Source: Paragordius varius | Taxonomy: Eukaryota; Animalia; Nematomorpha | DNA: 64,000 nt | Assembly: GCA_964247055.1 (NCBI GenBank) | Contig: OZ176054.1 | Span: 12,090,001-12,154,000, forward strand | Direction: 5' to 3' | The notes under the pieces: model-generated | What the model saw: only the letters and a program-made list of their open reading frames with translations | Told to the model about the DNA's origin: nothing | Database searches by the model: none | Shown here: piece by piece, positions 35,897 to 49,093 of the stretch | Numbering within the stretch: position 1 is the stretch's first letter | Layout of the letters: each line of letters opens with the position of its first letter | Translations under genes and position numbers: made by a program

Positions 35897-38800
35897 TTAG
35901 CCAATTATTGCATGGATTAAGGATTTAACAGTAATAGGTTGCATTTGAGTGGTGCTCATTTGATCAATATTGCCATGTAAGGGATGATTTTTCCAAACAA
36001 CATATTTCTGTTCATCGGTTTTTATATCGGCCTATATTTTGCAAAAAAGAATAGAGGTTATCATACCCACAAATATTTCTTAAAACCGATAATCATTATT
36101 TTTGTCTTTTAAGAGGAGGAATTGGTTGGTATTTAAAATGATAAACATATTACATTTAAAATATATTATATAATAGTGTAATGGTTAAAAAACTTTATGC
36201 GTGCCTTTTTAATATTACAAAAAGTTATTATATATGTATAATTCAGCTAAAATTATATAAATTTATTATGATATAATTTTAGCTATAATACAATCACACT
36301 TCAGCGTAAACAATATAAAAAGTTATATTTAGCAATTTTATTTGGAATAATGACCGCAGATATTTACCCAATATTTTAAACTTCCCCACCCCCCTTCCCC
36401 CTCCCTATAATTTTCAAAAAATTCATTAAAATAATTTTTAAAACAACAATTTTTGAATTTTCAGTAAATCAAGTAATTACACCAATTTGCTATTAAAAAT
36501 AACGTAAGATAAAAAAAACTTGTATCTTCTCCCAAATTTTTTTCTTGGGGTTAAGCACTATATCAGGCGACCCTTGTTCGTAATCTTTAAATTTCAGTAT
36601 GGTCCCAGGCTTAAATTTATCTGGAATGGATAGTAATTCTTTGTTTCCAGCATTTTGTCGGCTATATTAAAATAGAGTGAAATTGAAATTATACGGACAA
36701 AACGTAAAAATATATAGACATATATTTTAATTCAAAAAACAACCATACTTTTTAAAGCATTAATAAAATCTATTTCATACTTTATTTGTAACAATGAGTT
36801 ATAAGAAAAAATCAGGTAAAAGTACAACGATTTTTTAACCAAAATCTTTCGTCTTAATATTTTTACGTTATTACTGTACCGATTTTTACTGATATCAGAT
36901 AAAAAATAAAATATATTTATGAGTATAAAAACTCAAAAATATTGATTTTAAATTGTTTTAAAATAATATATAACATACTCAGTAGCACATAATATCATGC
37001 CTTGTGACACGATTCCTTTGAGTTTTGCCGGTTTAAGATTGCATAAAACTACAACAAGTCTGATATAAAAAAACATTATTTGTTAACATTTTAAAAATTT
37101 ATTATAATGTGGATGTCACTGTTATTAAGGCGAAGACGAACAAAATTTGGTTTATAGAAATAGGTCAAACATTAAAACTAAAAATACCAATCTATGGAGG
37201 AGTTTTATTTATACAATGTTTCTAAGAGACGACCTTGTCTGTAACACATTCATCCAAAAACAATTAAGTATAAGAAAAGTAAATATATATTTATTAGAGC
37301 AAAAATAAAATTATTACATAAGGGGGTTGTACATATAATTTTCTAAGATGGTAATATACATGATCACATAAATATAAATCTTACAAATTTTCATAGGTAA
37401 CAGGTTGATCTAGGCAATAATGCCAAAGATACTCACCAATCAATCATATGACTAGAGTTTTTATTCCTAAACAATTCTTCAAACCCTTTCACCAGTCTGA
37501 TCGGTGAGTTTACTGAGGGGAAATTTATCTATGTGCTAGTCCATTGTGTAGTTGAAGCTACACATTTACACCTAATAGTAAATGGTGTTAAAATCATAAT
37601 GTATATTGGTTTTATATAACTTTAAATTTACCTAGTTGGTGAAAACTATTAACGAGATCGGATGCTAACTCTTTGTAGTTTTCACTTTTGTAATGATAGA
37701 AGAAGTTATCATTGAATAACTTATATGCCTCCCAAGCAATCCACTCCTTGACCCCCATCAAATTAAGGAATTCCTCATCTGATAGCAGTTGGTCGATTTG
37801 GGGACCAGTCAAGCACCCATCTGATAATTTAGATTTGAACATTCGGAATTTACCAAGATAATGGGTAAATGCCTAAACCATCCTTATCTAAATTAATTAA
37901 AAAGGTTCTTGCTAGCCCCAATTTTATGTGAAGAGAAGGGACCACTAATCTTTCCATATGAACTAATGGTTTCCTCTCTATCCCATACTCTCTAATTACA
38001 TGAATCAGTCTTGGGAATATATCCCCAGGCTGACTGAAGTGCGTTTCAATATCCCGGCTATTGAAATGGCACCACGGGCATAAAAAGATAGGATAGCCCT
38101 AATTCAGTCCTCATAAAATTGACAGAACCTTTCATCATAAGGTTAAATTTAACTTTAAAATCCCCAATTATATTCCATAAATATCATACTCTATCAGCCT
38201 CAACATTTCCGAATACAACTCGTAATTCGACTTAAATGAATACAAGAAATAGCGGGACACTATTTTCTGCTTTAAACAAGAAAAATAATTTAATTCCTAC
38301 GGTCCGTACTAGTACGTACTGTAGCTTTCCCATGCATACAGCTTCGAAAACGGGATACGCTTTTGATATGACATACCTTTTTTAATGCGACAAATAAAAA
38401 AAACAATACAGGAAGATTGGAGCCTTTTCAACGATGCAAATTCGGTTTAACAAACTTTTATATATTTGTCTAATAATTCTTATAAAACTTATTGCCATAT
38501 TTGATTCATAGAATAGCTTTAAAGTTGTCCTGCTTAATGATATAGCGGCTTCAAAACCTTTGTTTATTGCATGCAAAGGGAAGCAGCCAAATAAACGGTA
38601 AAACTACGAACTGTATTCGGAAATGTTGAGGCTGATAGGGTACGATAACCAATGGAAAATAATTTGTGATTTTAAAGCATAATTTAACCTTATGATGATA
38701 GGTTCTGTCAATTTTATGAGGACTGAAATCGGGCTATTCTACCTTTTTATGCCCGTGGTGCCATTTCAATAGCCGGAATATTGAAACGCACTTTAGTCAG

Positions 38801-41800
38801 CCTGGGGATATATTTCCAAGACTGATTCATGTAATTGGAGAGTATGGGATAGAAAGGAAACCATTAGTCCATATGGATGGATTAGTGGTCTCTCCTCCTT
38901 ACATAAAATTGGGGCTAGTAAGAACCTTTTTGATTAATTTAGATAAGGATGGTTTAGCATTTACCCATTATCTTGGTAAATTTTGAATGTCCAAATCTAA
39001 ATTATCAAATGGGTGCTGGACTGGTCCTTAAATCGACGAACTGTTATCACATAAGAAATTTCTTAAATTGATGGGGTCAAAGAGAGGATTGCTTGAGAGG
39101 CATATAAGTTATTCAATAATAACTTCCTCTATCATTATAAAAGTGGAAACTACAAGGAGTTGGCATCAGATCTCGTTAATAGTTTTCACCGACTAGGTAA
39201 ATTTAAGGTTATATAAAACCAATAATACATTATGATTTTAACACTATTTACTATTAGGTGTTAATATGTCGCTTCAACTACACATAATGGACTAGCATAT
39301 AGATAAATTTCCACTCAGTAAACTCACCGATCAGACTTATGAAATGGTTTAAAGATTTGTTTAGGAATAAAAATTCCAGTCATATGATTGATTGATGAGA
39401 ATCTTTGGCATTATTGCCTAGATCAACCATTATGATACAATATACCTGTTATCTCTTCAAATATAGATTTATATTTACATGCAAATACTGTCATGGAATA
39501 TCTTTAATTTATATTAGTATTGTTTGATATCATGTATATTACCTTCATGGAAATTTGTATATATAACCCATATATATGATTGTGTAATAAATTTATTTTT
39601 GCTCTAATACACATATAACTAATATTAATATCAACAAATAATGTTAATCTAAAATTTTGTTCACTGATTATTTTTTTTCATTGAGTATTTATTGTGTTGC
39701 TATTAAAGGCCTAAATTTAGATAAATTAACTAAATTGAAGTTTTTTAAACTCCATCCATACATATAGAGCCAAAATTTGCATGTAATATTTAAGCAATAT
39801 TATATATACTATATATAAAATTTAAATTTTTGACTACGTATTATGCAAATAAATGGATTTTTTCTGATTATAACCTCAAGCTAGGTGTAATATTTTGAGG
39901 AAATTGTTACATACTGAGACAAATTATATAAAGCGCTCAAACACAGCGGCTACATATCAATATTTTATAATGTTTAATATAACATCATAATGTTTTTATT
40001 ATTACATCTCATAAATTCAACATATAAATGGTATATAATGTACATAAAAACGTAACTTTGACAGGAGTAATCCAAGAATTGGATTACATTTAAAATAGGT
40101 TTAACACTTAGATTTTGATTATTGGTATAGGATGCGATAAAAATCCACATTTCAATAAAGAAAAATTTCTTACATACTGCATTAGTTATATACTTATGAC
40201 AAGACTCAAAAAAATTATCCCTTTAATATAATTTTTGAGCGTTAATACACTTTAATTCGCAAAAAATGACGCTTAATTTTAACATTATATATACCATTAA
40301 CAATTAAAATTCACCCTAAAAATAAATTATCTGTTTTGGGACTGATGCTCATCATTATTTGAAATTTCTATGGCATAGTTTATTTTTTCAGCATTATATT
40401 AATTTTAAACGAAATTTTATTTTTTAAAAAATATTATATAATATAGGTAATTTTTAACTTTAAAAAACACATAGTTTATTCGAGGGTGAATTTGAATTTT
40501 TAGAGAGTTTATAGAGTTCGAGGGTGAATTTGAACTGTAAAAGTATATATATATATACCTGTGTAAAATATCATCTTTGGAAAAATATGGAACTAAGCCG
40601 CTAACAATAGTCCTAAGCTCTGATTCGCCCAAATCAACACAACAGATGTACATGCGATCAGGCGCTTCTGGATGCTGAAATATTAAATACAAAAATTATT
40701 TATCGGAAAGCAATGAATTCAATTTTTTGATATTAATACGAAAAAGTAACATAAACACTTAATGCAATTTATAAATATGTATGCAATTCAGATCTATTAT
40801 ATAAAAGTTATTGTCCATAACAAAAGCTAGTAAATTTTAAACTTTCTTTATTGTTTTTTATAATCCCCTACCCCTTTTATATAATTGAGAAAAGGTGATA
40901 GAAAACATTAAAAACACATTAATGTGCTTCAATTAGTTCGATACCATGTGCCATACATTGTTGGACACATTATTCACTTCCCAATGTTTTTAAACATCAC
41001 CTTACATATTTTTAAAAAAAAATGTTTTAAAATTTTTTTTGAATTAAAATAAAAATGTGTGTACATATACATACATAATCAACGGAAATAATTTGTCCAA
41101 CTCTAAGATCTAATCTTGATGGTATAATTGCATTCTCATCAATAATATTGCTGGATATTTTGGTATTATCACCGTTTACATGTAGGTTTTGACTCATAGC
41201 GATGGTTATGGAATCCATTCCTTTGCCTAATATATATACATAAATGCGGCAATTTTTAAACAATTTTCTTTTCAATTTATAATTTTAATAACCATTTAAT
41301 ACAAAATTATCATTTGTTCAAGTGTAAATTTAAAGACGTTCGAATAAGGTTTTTACCAGACCGCTACTAAAAAAATTAAAAAAATTATGCTGCTATATGT
41401 TAATGAAACCAAATATTAATATAATTGCTTCCTAGCTTATAAAAATACAAAAAATTATTATAATTTACTAAAAATTGGGTCTTAATTTTGGTGTTTATAA
41501 ATAGGATGTCTAATACAAATAATATATAAAGGTGTATGTGTGTAATTTGATTATATTAGATGTAGAATATTTAATCCTATTTAATTTGATTTTTATATTT
41601 AAATATAATTAATATTATATTTATTAGATTATTTCGATAAATTATTATAACATAAAATATGGTAAAAGCATTAATATTGGCTGGATATTTATAAAATTTT
41701 ATAGTCTTGTTAGTTCTTTGCTAGCTGTCTTCTTATTTTTTGTTATAAAAATTTACATTGCGCTTTACAATTTTGAAAAATTCGACCGACACTATAATTG

Positions 41801-43198
41801 AAGAGATTTATTTCATACCATTTACATCTCAAATTGTTAACCCACGTCAACCCTAAGACTTTTAAACATTACTCAAAGATATTGGGTATTTTTGGGCTAT
41901 AACTCATTAATGGATATTTTTTTAGCATTTGTATCATATTAATTTTATCAAAGTATCATTTTAGGTAAATTTTTGATTTCCAAAAACCTTCTTTTTAAGG
42001 TTAATAAGATATGTTTAAGGGTCAATTTGAAGTATTCAAGGGTGATTCTGTGTTAATACTGTATTAAATTATATTGATAAAAAAAATTGAATAATTAAAA
42101 CAAAATTAAATATATACATACTTTCTCCTCCATATGCTAATTGTATGAGCGTTTGAAGTTCCGGTGTTTGAAAAGCTTTTCGAACAGGTTCAAGCAGTGT
42201 TACAATATGTTCTGCAACAGAATTCTTAAGATCAGCCGGGTGTAATTTCTAAAATTATTGGATTTATATTTAGCATATGAAAATGTTAAATCTTTTAAGA
42301 TTAAAAAAAAATTAATTTTACTAAATAATATTTTTAAATATTTTAAGAAAAAAAGTATCTTACTAAAGCTTCGAAATCGCCTCTAACATCAGTTATGTTA
42401 GAGTATGTTATTGGCCCACCATTTTTGTCAGATCTTTGTATGGTAAAAGCTAAATATGAGATTCATTTCAAATAGGATAGTATTATTAAATTTTTAACAT
42501 AAAAAATCAAATAGAATTTAATAAATATTCTAAATTTTGGTTAAATATGCATATAAAGCCATTTGAAATTATTGGATACTACTACTTCTAAAAGAAAAAA
42601 AAAGTATATTTTTACAATATAAATAAATAAATTGTCAAAAAATTTATAGCAATATACTTCCATCAGGTGATAATGGGAATAGTACGTATTGTAGGAATGC
42701 TAGGATACCATTGTTTTCAACGTTTCCAGGCTCACAAAATGCCTTTTTAACTTTGGATCTAATGGCATTTGGTTCATCTAGGATATCTATTTTACTTTCC
42801 TGTTCACTGGAACTCATTTTTTGTCCAGTCAAACCTGGTACTATTGGGTTAAATTTTGATTAAATTTATAAAATTATTAGTTAAAAGTTATAAATATTTA
42901 TGCTTATTTCAAAAGCTTTTTGGGTTATATAATTATAATATACCCATGGGATTCATTAGATGAATTCGTTTGGCATATCCAATGTGAGGTAAATACTATA
43001 TGGAAAAATTAGAAAAATTAATATTATTATTTATATAATACACAATTTACACTTCAAATTCACCCTCGAACAATTCGAATTCACCCTAAAACAAATTTGT
43101 GTTTTTTAAGATTAAAAATTACCTAATATTATTTTATATTTTTAAAAAATGAAATTACGCCTAAAATTAAAATAATACTGAAAAAATAATAAACTATA

Positions 43199-43233
<35 letters not shown>

Positions 43234-44676
43234 TTGTTCAAGAGTGAATATGAATTGTAAATGGGGAATATATTTGCAATTTCAATAAAAAATTTATTAA
43301 TTATTAAAACAAGATTATTGAAATTATAAAATAAATTAATTAAAACTTTTTCAGCAAAGGTAAAAATTTTACGTTGATCGATTCCACCGAATTGAGCGTC
43401 TACATGCAAATATTCTTCATCCAATGCCTATTGGTTATATAAATTTACTAATAATCATATTTAATAATTTAAAAGGGCTTAGAGAAAAGATAATTTTTAA
43501 TAAACTCCATTTTGAGCTTCAAATAACACAATAATATATATTATAAATAATGTTAGTTTTTTGTTTACTAAAATTTTTCAAATAAGATATATTAGCATAT
43601 AATAATATATACTAATAATATGCACAATCGATATTTTAAATACATCAGATTTTAAACATAATGTATGTTAATTTATAGGTATTTATCAAAGCAAAATATA
43701 AGATATAGCTATGACTGGCACTTATAAAAATTGAAACTAATTTATAATAATCTTTATAAAAAAAATAAAAAATTTAGAAAAAAAAACACATTATTAGAGG
43801 GAAAAAACCTGTAACAAAGGATAGACGAGACCACTTAACAAAGGATGATCAACTTGTTTGACAACTTCAGCCCCGGCTTTTTTTGCATCGTGTTCAGTAA
43901 CGAGAGATAACATTTTATAAACATCTAGGGTATATTCTCTGTATAATTTATTAATAATATTATATTATGAGTAAAAAATATATAAAAGATATGAAGAAAA
44001 ATATTTTTTAATTAAAAAAGACAACCATACTTTTTACATTATGATTAGCTTTCTAATGGATAAAAATTGTGAATTGTACAATTGAAAGTGTTATTAAACT
44101 CTATTATATATTTCACAAACTAAAACGATAAGTTATTCGTTTAAACGTATGATAAACTATTAATTTAATGTAATAAATTATTAAAAATTAATATAAAAAA
44201 ACATTCTAACTTGGAAAGTTCAAAATCGGTGCCTTTAATAAAATGTAATTTATCAAGGGGGACACCGATTGCAATTAACATTTCTTTGATGATATTTTCG
44301 TAATATTGCGCTCTATATGTTAAAAGTTCCCATGGTGCTTTAAGGTTATCGAGATAAGCATGTAAATCCGCAAATAAAATTGTAACCTATAAATGATTTA
44401 TATTAACCATGTTATATAATAATCAAAAATATATAATAGATTTATTACGTGACAGCCAGCTTTCAAAAAATCTGCAATTTTTATAAGAGGAACGAAATAA
44501 GCGATGTGAGGTTTGCCGGTAGTTGCTGTACCCCAATAAATTTTAAGCTCTCGTCCTTCTTTAATAATTTCTCTCAGTTTTTCATCACCTAAAACTTCCT
44601 ACATTTTATAGGAAAAAAAAACCTGTAAATTGCGCTTTATCAGATTTAATTTGGTATCGGAGTCTAAGGATTTCAT
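35897..44676 (-). CDS. YARS1: Cytoplasmic tyrosyl-tRNA synthetase with C-terminal EMAP-II-like domain (~554 aa)
   Basis: Fourteen exons: 44676-44623, 44598-44449, 44386-44211, 43938-43809, 43427-43347, 42995-42944, 42840-42658, 42449-42364, 42248-42122, 41226-41075, 40674-40559, 37059-36979, 36661-36520 and 36031-35897 (1665 nt). Motifs [14 protein letters not shown] (HIGH-like), [29 protein letters not shown] and [14 protein letters not shown]-like [18 protein letters not shown] and [18 protein letters not shown]. Confidence 0.95.
37290..39610. mobile_element. Inverted (fold-back) duplication of a degenerate Chapaev/CMC-type transposase in TyrRS intron 11
   Basis: Arms ~37290-38226 and ~38602-39610 are reverse complements with scattered differences. 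The plus-strand copy translates (with stops) as [56 protein letters not shown]. The minus arm gives [23 protein letters not shown]. These resemble the PLHIKLGL / GPQIR / NYKELV motifs I associate with Chapaev3-type transposases; the family call is from memory. Confidence 0.7.
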
Positions 44677-47600
44677 ACGAGCAAAAAACACGCTTGATTG
44701 CGTAATGCACAAAATCAAGTGTTCACCTTTTGCAGGAAAATATATTTATGTATATTATTTATGTGGACTAAACATACAAAAACCTACATAATACCAATTA
44801 TAAAAGTTATACTTCAAAAATAATAAATCAACTAGATAATTTAAAATAAGATATTATATTCAAGATGAGAACGTAAAAAAGTTTTAATAATTTAACAATT
44901 CGTTTTCACTTTTTTTATTTAAAATATTGGGGATTCCAGGGTCCAATTTTAAAAAATAAGCTACAGTTTTGAAATTTATTTTAGTTGATATCAAGTTTTC
45001 AAGTATTAGATAAAAGGCTTATATTTTGATTTTGAGATTTTTAGAGTCTAAAATTGGTACAGCTCCAAAACACGAATGAAGCGAGCAGCTAAAAGAAAAT
45101 CTAAATATATGAGTTTTTGTAAGTAAAATGTGGCCTACTGTCATTTAATTTTCATTTTATAACCATAATATTCATTATTATCTTTTAGGTGGTAAATAAA
45201 TGGCGGCGGAAAAGTATGAGTTAATTTCTTAAATTTCGCAATGTTTTATAATTCCAAAAAAATCTCCAAATATCAACTAGATAAAAACAGTAAAACAATA
45301 CTAACTTTTAATTTTTAGATGCCGACTCCGAAAGTCCAAATTTTTTTCGCCCTTCTAAAATGGGCAAGTTCTTAATAAACGCTAAATGCCGAGATTGCCC
45401 CATAAAAATTTTATATGCTAAATTTTGACATAAAAATGTGTTTACTGTTGGCTTAAAAATTCAATTTATAGCTAAATTTTGGTGAAAGTTTTATGAAATT
45501 TTGATTCATGGTAAAAACTGTATATATGTTTAAAGATAATAAAATATTGTCTTAATTTTCATTTAAATATTAATTTTCCTTTAGATTTGGGTGATTTGAA
45601 AACTTAATTTATATTTAAGACGCACCAGGCGAATATTTTTATCAAAATTGTAAGAGAGTGTTCAGCCTAATTGAATGATTTAGAAAACGTTATAATACTT
45701 ATAGCCTTTTTTTAACGCTTTTATCTTGCTAAAAATTGAACAAATATGCATTTTTTAATATTACATTTTTTGTTGCCATAATCTAATCTGTATCAAAAAT
45801 ATTTAATCGCCAAATATCGGAATTTCGTAATCTATCTTTAGAAAGGCAATAATAATTGGGATTTTTAAGGCCCTTACTAAAAATTAAATTTTAAAAATAT
45901 GGTTTTGTTTTTTATATGTATTTATTATATATTTATGATAATTTTTGAAATGAAGCATTCTTCACCAAAAAAATTCTATTTAACCGAATGTGCGCAAGTT
46001 TTGCCATTGATATAAAGCAGATACCACAAAAGAATAACATTGCTTAATCACACTTAAGGGCCAAAACCAAGAGCACCTTTATAATCCTGAAATATTATAT
46101 TATCTATATACATATATATAAATTATATATATATTATCCGAAATTTTTTTATAACTCCCGATTTTAGACTGAGTTTATGCTAATATTCATACTAAAGGCG
46201 TCAAATTAAAATATTTTAATCTACTGTATATTTACAGGCAAAGCTAATACTTGATAAATAGGCTGCCTTATCATAAACTCGGCCTTTGGAATTTAGGGAA
46301 ATTAGCACGATTAGCATTATCTAAAATCTGTGCCTTTCTCAGCCATTATTATAAAGGAACTAAGGGCCGAGATTGCGTGATAAAAAGTTATCAAAAAAGC
46401 ATACCTAACTTTGTTTAAAAAAATATTGAAGCGCAATTTATGGAATTTTGAAGCGTTTAAATTACAATTTAATTTTTAGGAATAAACCTTTTTCTAACAT
46501 AATTCAAGGTTTTATCGTTTTAAAATAAAACACAAATTTACTTTAATATTAATGCAACAATATAATGATAGCATAAACAAAAAACGGAAGCAAAATTAAT
46601 TAAACTATTTTAAATTTTAAATGAACGTAAATTTTACCTGGTATTTAGCAATGTTATGATTAATTATTTATAACACTACCTAAAGATTCAATTTAAGATG
46701 ATAATTTTTATGGATTGCATATATTTACAAAAAACCGTAATAAACTCATTATGTAGGTATTTTCAAGATATTAAGAATAAATACCCAAAAAAAGAAAACT
46801 ATTTTCGCATTATTCTTATTATATATTATAATAACCTATGGTCCAATTTGTAAACTGACTTAAATTTTCAGCTAGCCGTTCAATGCATATAATTTTTACG
46901 ACGTGTGATTCAATCAATTGAGATAATGCGTGAATAAACAATGACTTTTTAGATCTGACAAGTTGGTTTATACTTTCAAAAATTTTCCCTTATTATTTAT
47001 TTTATATTTACGACAATATTTATGATAATTATTTATCAATATCTATTGAAGCATTTTAAAAATATTAAAGTGATGAATCGCATTTTTAGGTGAATGTAGT
47101 ATAATTTCACAGAGTATAATTGGGTTTATAATAATAATTGAGATCCAGTTTTTTTGTAAAGTTAAAGGAGTGTTGTCCAAAATATATTAAAATATTTGGT
47201 GGATTTCTTAGAAGAGATCATAATATATATACCTCTAAATAATTTTGTCATGAAAGCTCTATGAGCAAAACGACTTGCTAATGATTAAATTATAAGGTTT
47301 ATAACCTGATGTGCTGCACATTTTAACAATAAATTTTGGGGTAAGGATTATTTACAAATATATCAGATTGATAATATATAATAAGCAAATGATTGGGAGA
47401 TATATTAAAAAACCGCATATACTGTTCCTATTACCTAAAACGAAATACCACAGATTACATTATATTTAAGACACGTAGAAGTTTAAAAGAAAATACCATT
47501 AATTTTTATTTGATTATTAAAATAAAGAGAAATTTATTTATCACAAATGTTTTAAAAAGTGCGACGAGATAGCTCACCAAGGAATTTACTGGTCCGAAAA

Positions 47601-47833
47601 TTTAAAACACGTCTGAATGTCGATGCCTTGTGGTCTTAAACACTCAATTATAAACAATGCATATATAATTAGTAACAAATTAAGACAATTAAAATTAGTT
47701 TTAATAAGCTTTATTTATACGATTATTAATATTTAACTATATCATTTGATCAATTTTTGTTTGAAATTTTAGTTAAACAAAATTTATTTAAAAGTGGTTT
47801 GATGTTTTCAAGACTGCATTTATAATCTGTTAT

Positions 47834-48223
47834 CAGGGGCGTACCGAGGGGGGGGCAAGGGGGTGCATCATACCCCGGGCGCCGTTATTTAGGGGCGCCT
47901 AAATGATTTTTTAAAATTAAATTTTAATTATGCAAAAATAAAGAACTTTCAAATGAGATTTCTCAGCAATTTAGGTCAAAATTCCTATAATATATACTCT
48001 ATTATTCACCTAATTAGTACCATTGGATAAATTTAGTATCATATAAATATATATATTTAATAGATTTAAAATTTATATGATTGTGCTGTCTTATCTATGG
48101 TGTTTAGGTTACAACGTTTGTATTTTTTTTACCAAATTGTTTTATTGTCTTTTTAAAAAAGGAGGGGAGGGGCGCCATAAAAGTTTTATGCCCCGGGCGC
48201 CGCAAATGCTCGGTACGCCACTG
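47834..48223. mobile_element. hAT-type MITE (390 bp)
   Basis: TIR CAGGGGCGTACCGAG / CTCGGTACGCCACTG (one mismatch). Perfect 8-bp TSD TCTGTTAT (47826-47833 and 48224-48231). Confidence 0.9.
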
Positions 48224-49093
48224 TCTGTTATAACGTTTACAATCAAAAGTGAATCCTATTTACACTGTTTCTAAAAATACATGTATTTCTGTTCAATCAT
48301 TTTATACTCTTATTTTTCATTACCCATTCTCTCCGAGAAAATTTGAAAATTAAATATATAATATCATTCATTATATTAAAAATATTTTAACTGTCTTTTA
48401 AAATATTTTGACAAATTAAAATTATTTTATATTTACTGCTTTACAATAAACCAACAAAATTGCAACATTAGTTATTATTATAAAAATAAATATAATATGA
48501 TATTTAACCACTTGACATTACAATACTACTTTACATGGCAAATGGCAAATTAGGGTGGTAGGCCTCTTGTCTCTATATTAAATTTCTCAATAATATATAT
48601 GTATATATATAATTTTATAATTAAATTAATTATAATTATTTCACTTTAAGGACCTTACTATTTATATATAATTAAAATTAATAATTAACAAAATTATTAT
48701 ATTACACATTTTGTATTAGGATATCCTATTTCCTAAAATACAGTAATGTATGAAATAAAACAACAAATGGTTGAGATTAAACATTTTTTACTCATGTTTT
48801 AACAATTTTCATTTAATTACGGATAAAACATTCTTTTATAGCATACGCTACTCTATATTTATGTTAATTACTAAAATATATTTAAGTGTGGCTAGTTGTT
48901 GTATGTATAATTAGATTGTGATAATTTTATTTAAATATAATTTAATTAGATTAGATGACACCCACCCTCTTGAAATAAAAAAATAGTTTCAAGTCAATAA
49001 AAATCAAGTGATGACATATTACAATTAATAATTTATTAATTATGTACGTGTCGAAATTAATTTTCAATTAAATAATTTCTTTTCTTTGGTAAT

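Noticed and set aside
44599-44622. Genome-wide stop-codon reassignment as the explanation for the in-frame TAG
   Set aside because: All other reconstructed genes have uninterrupted frames ending in standard stops. The segment has GT..AG ends and falls exactly between two homologous protein blocks.
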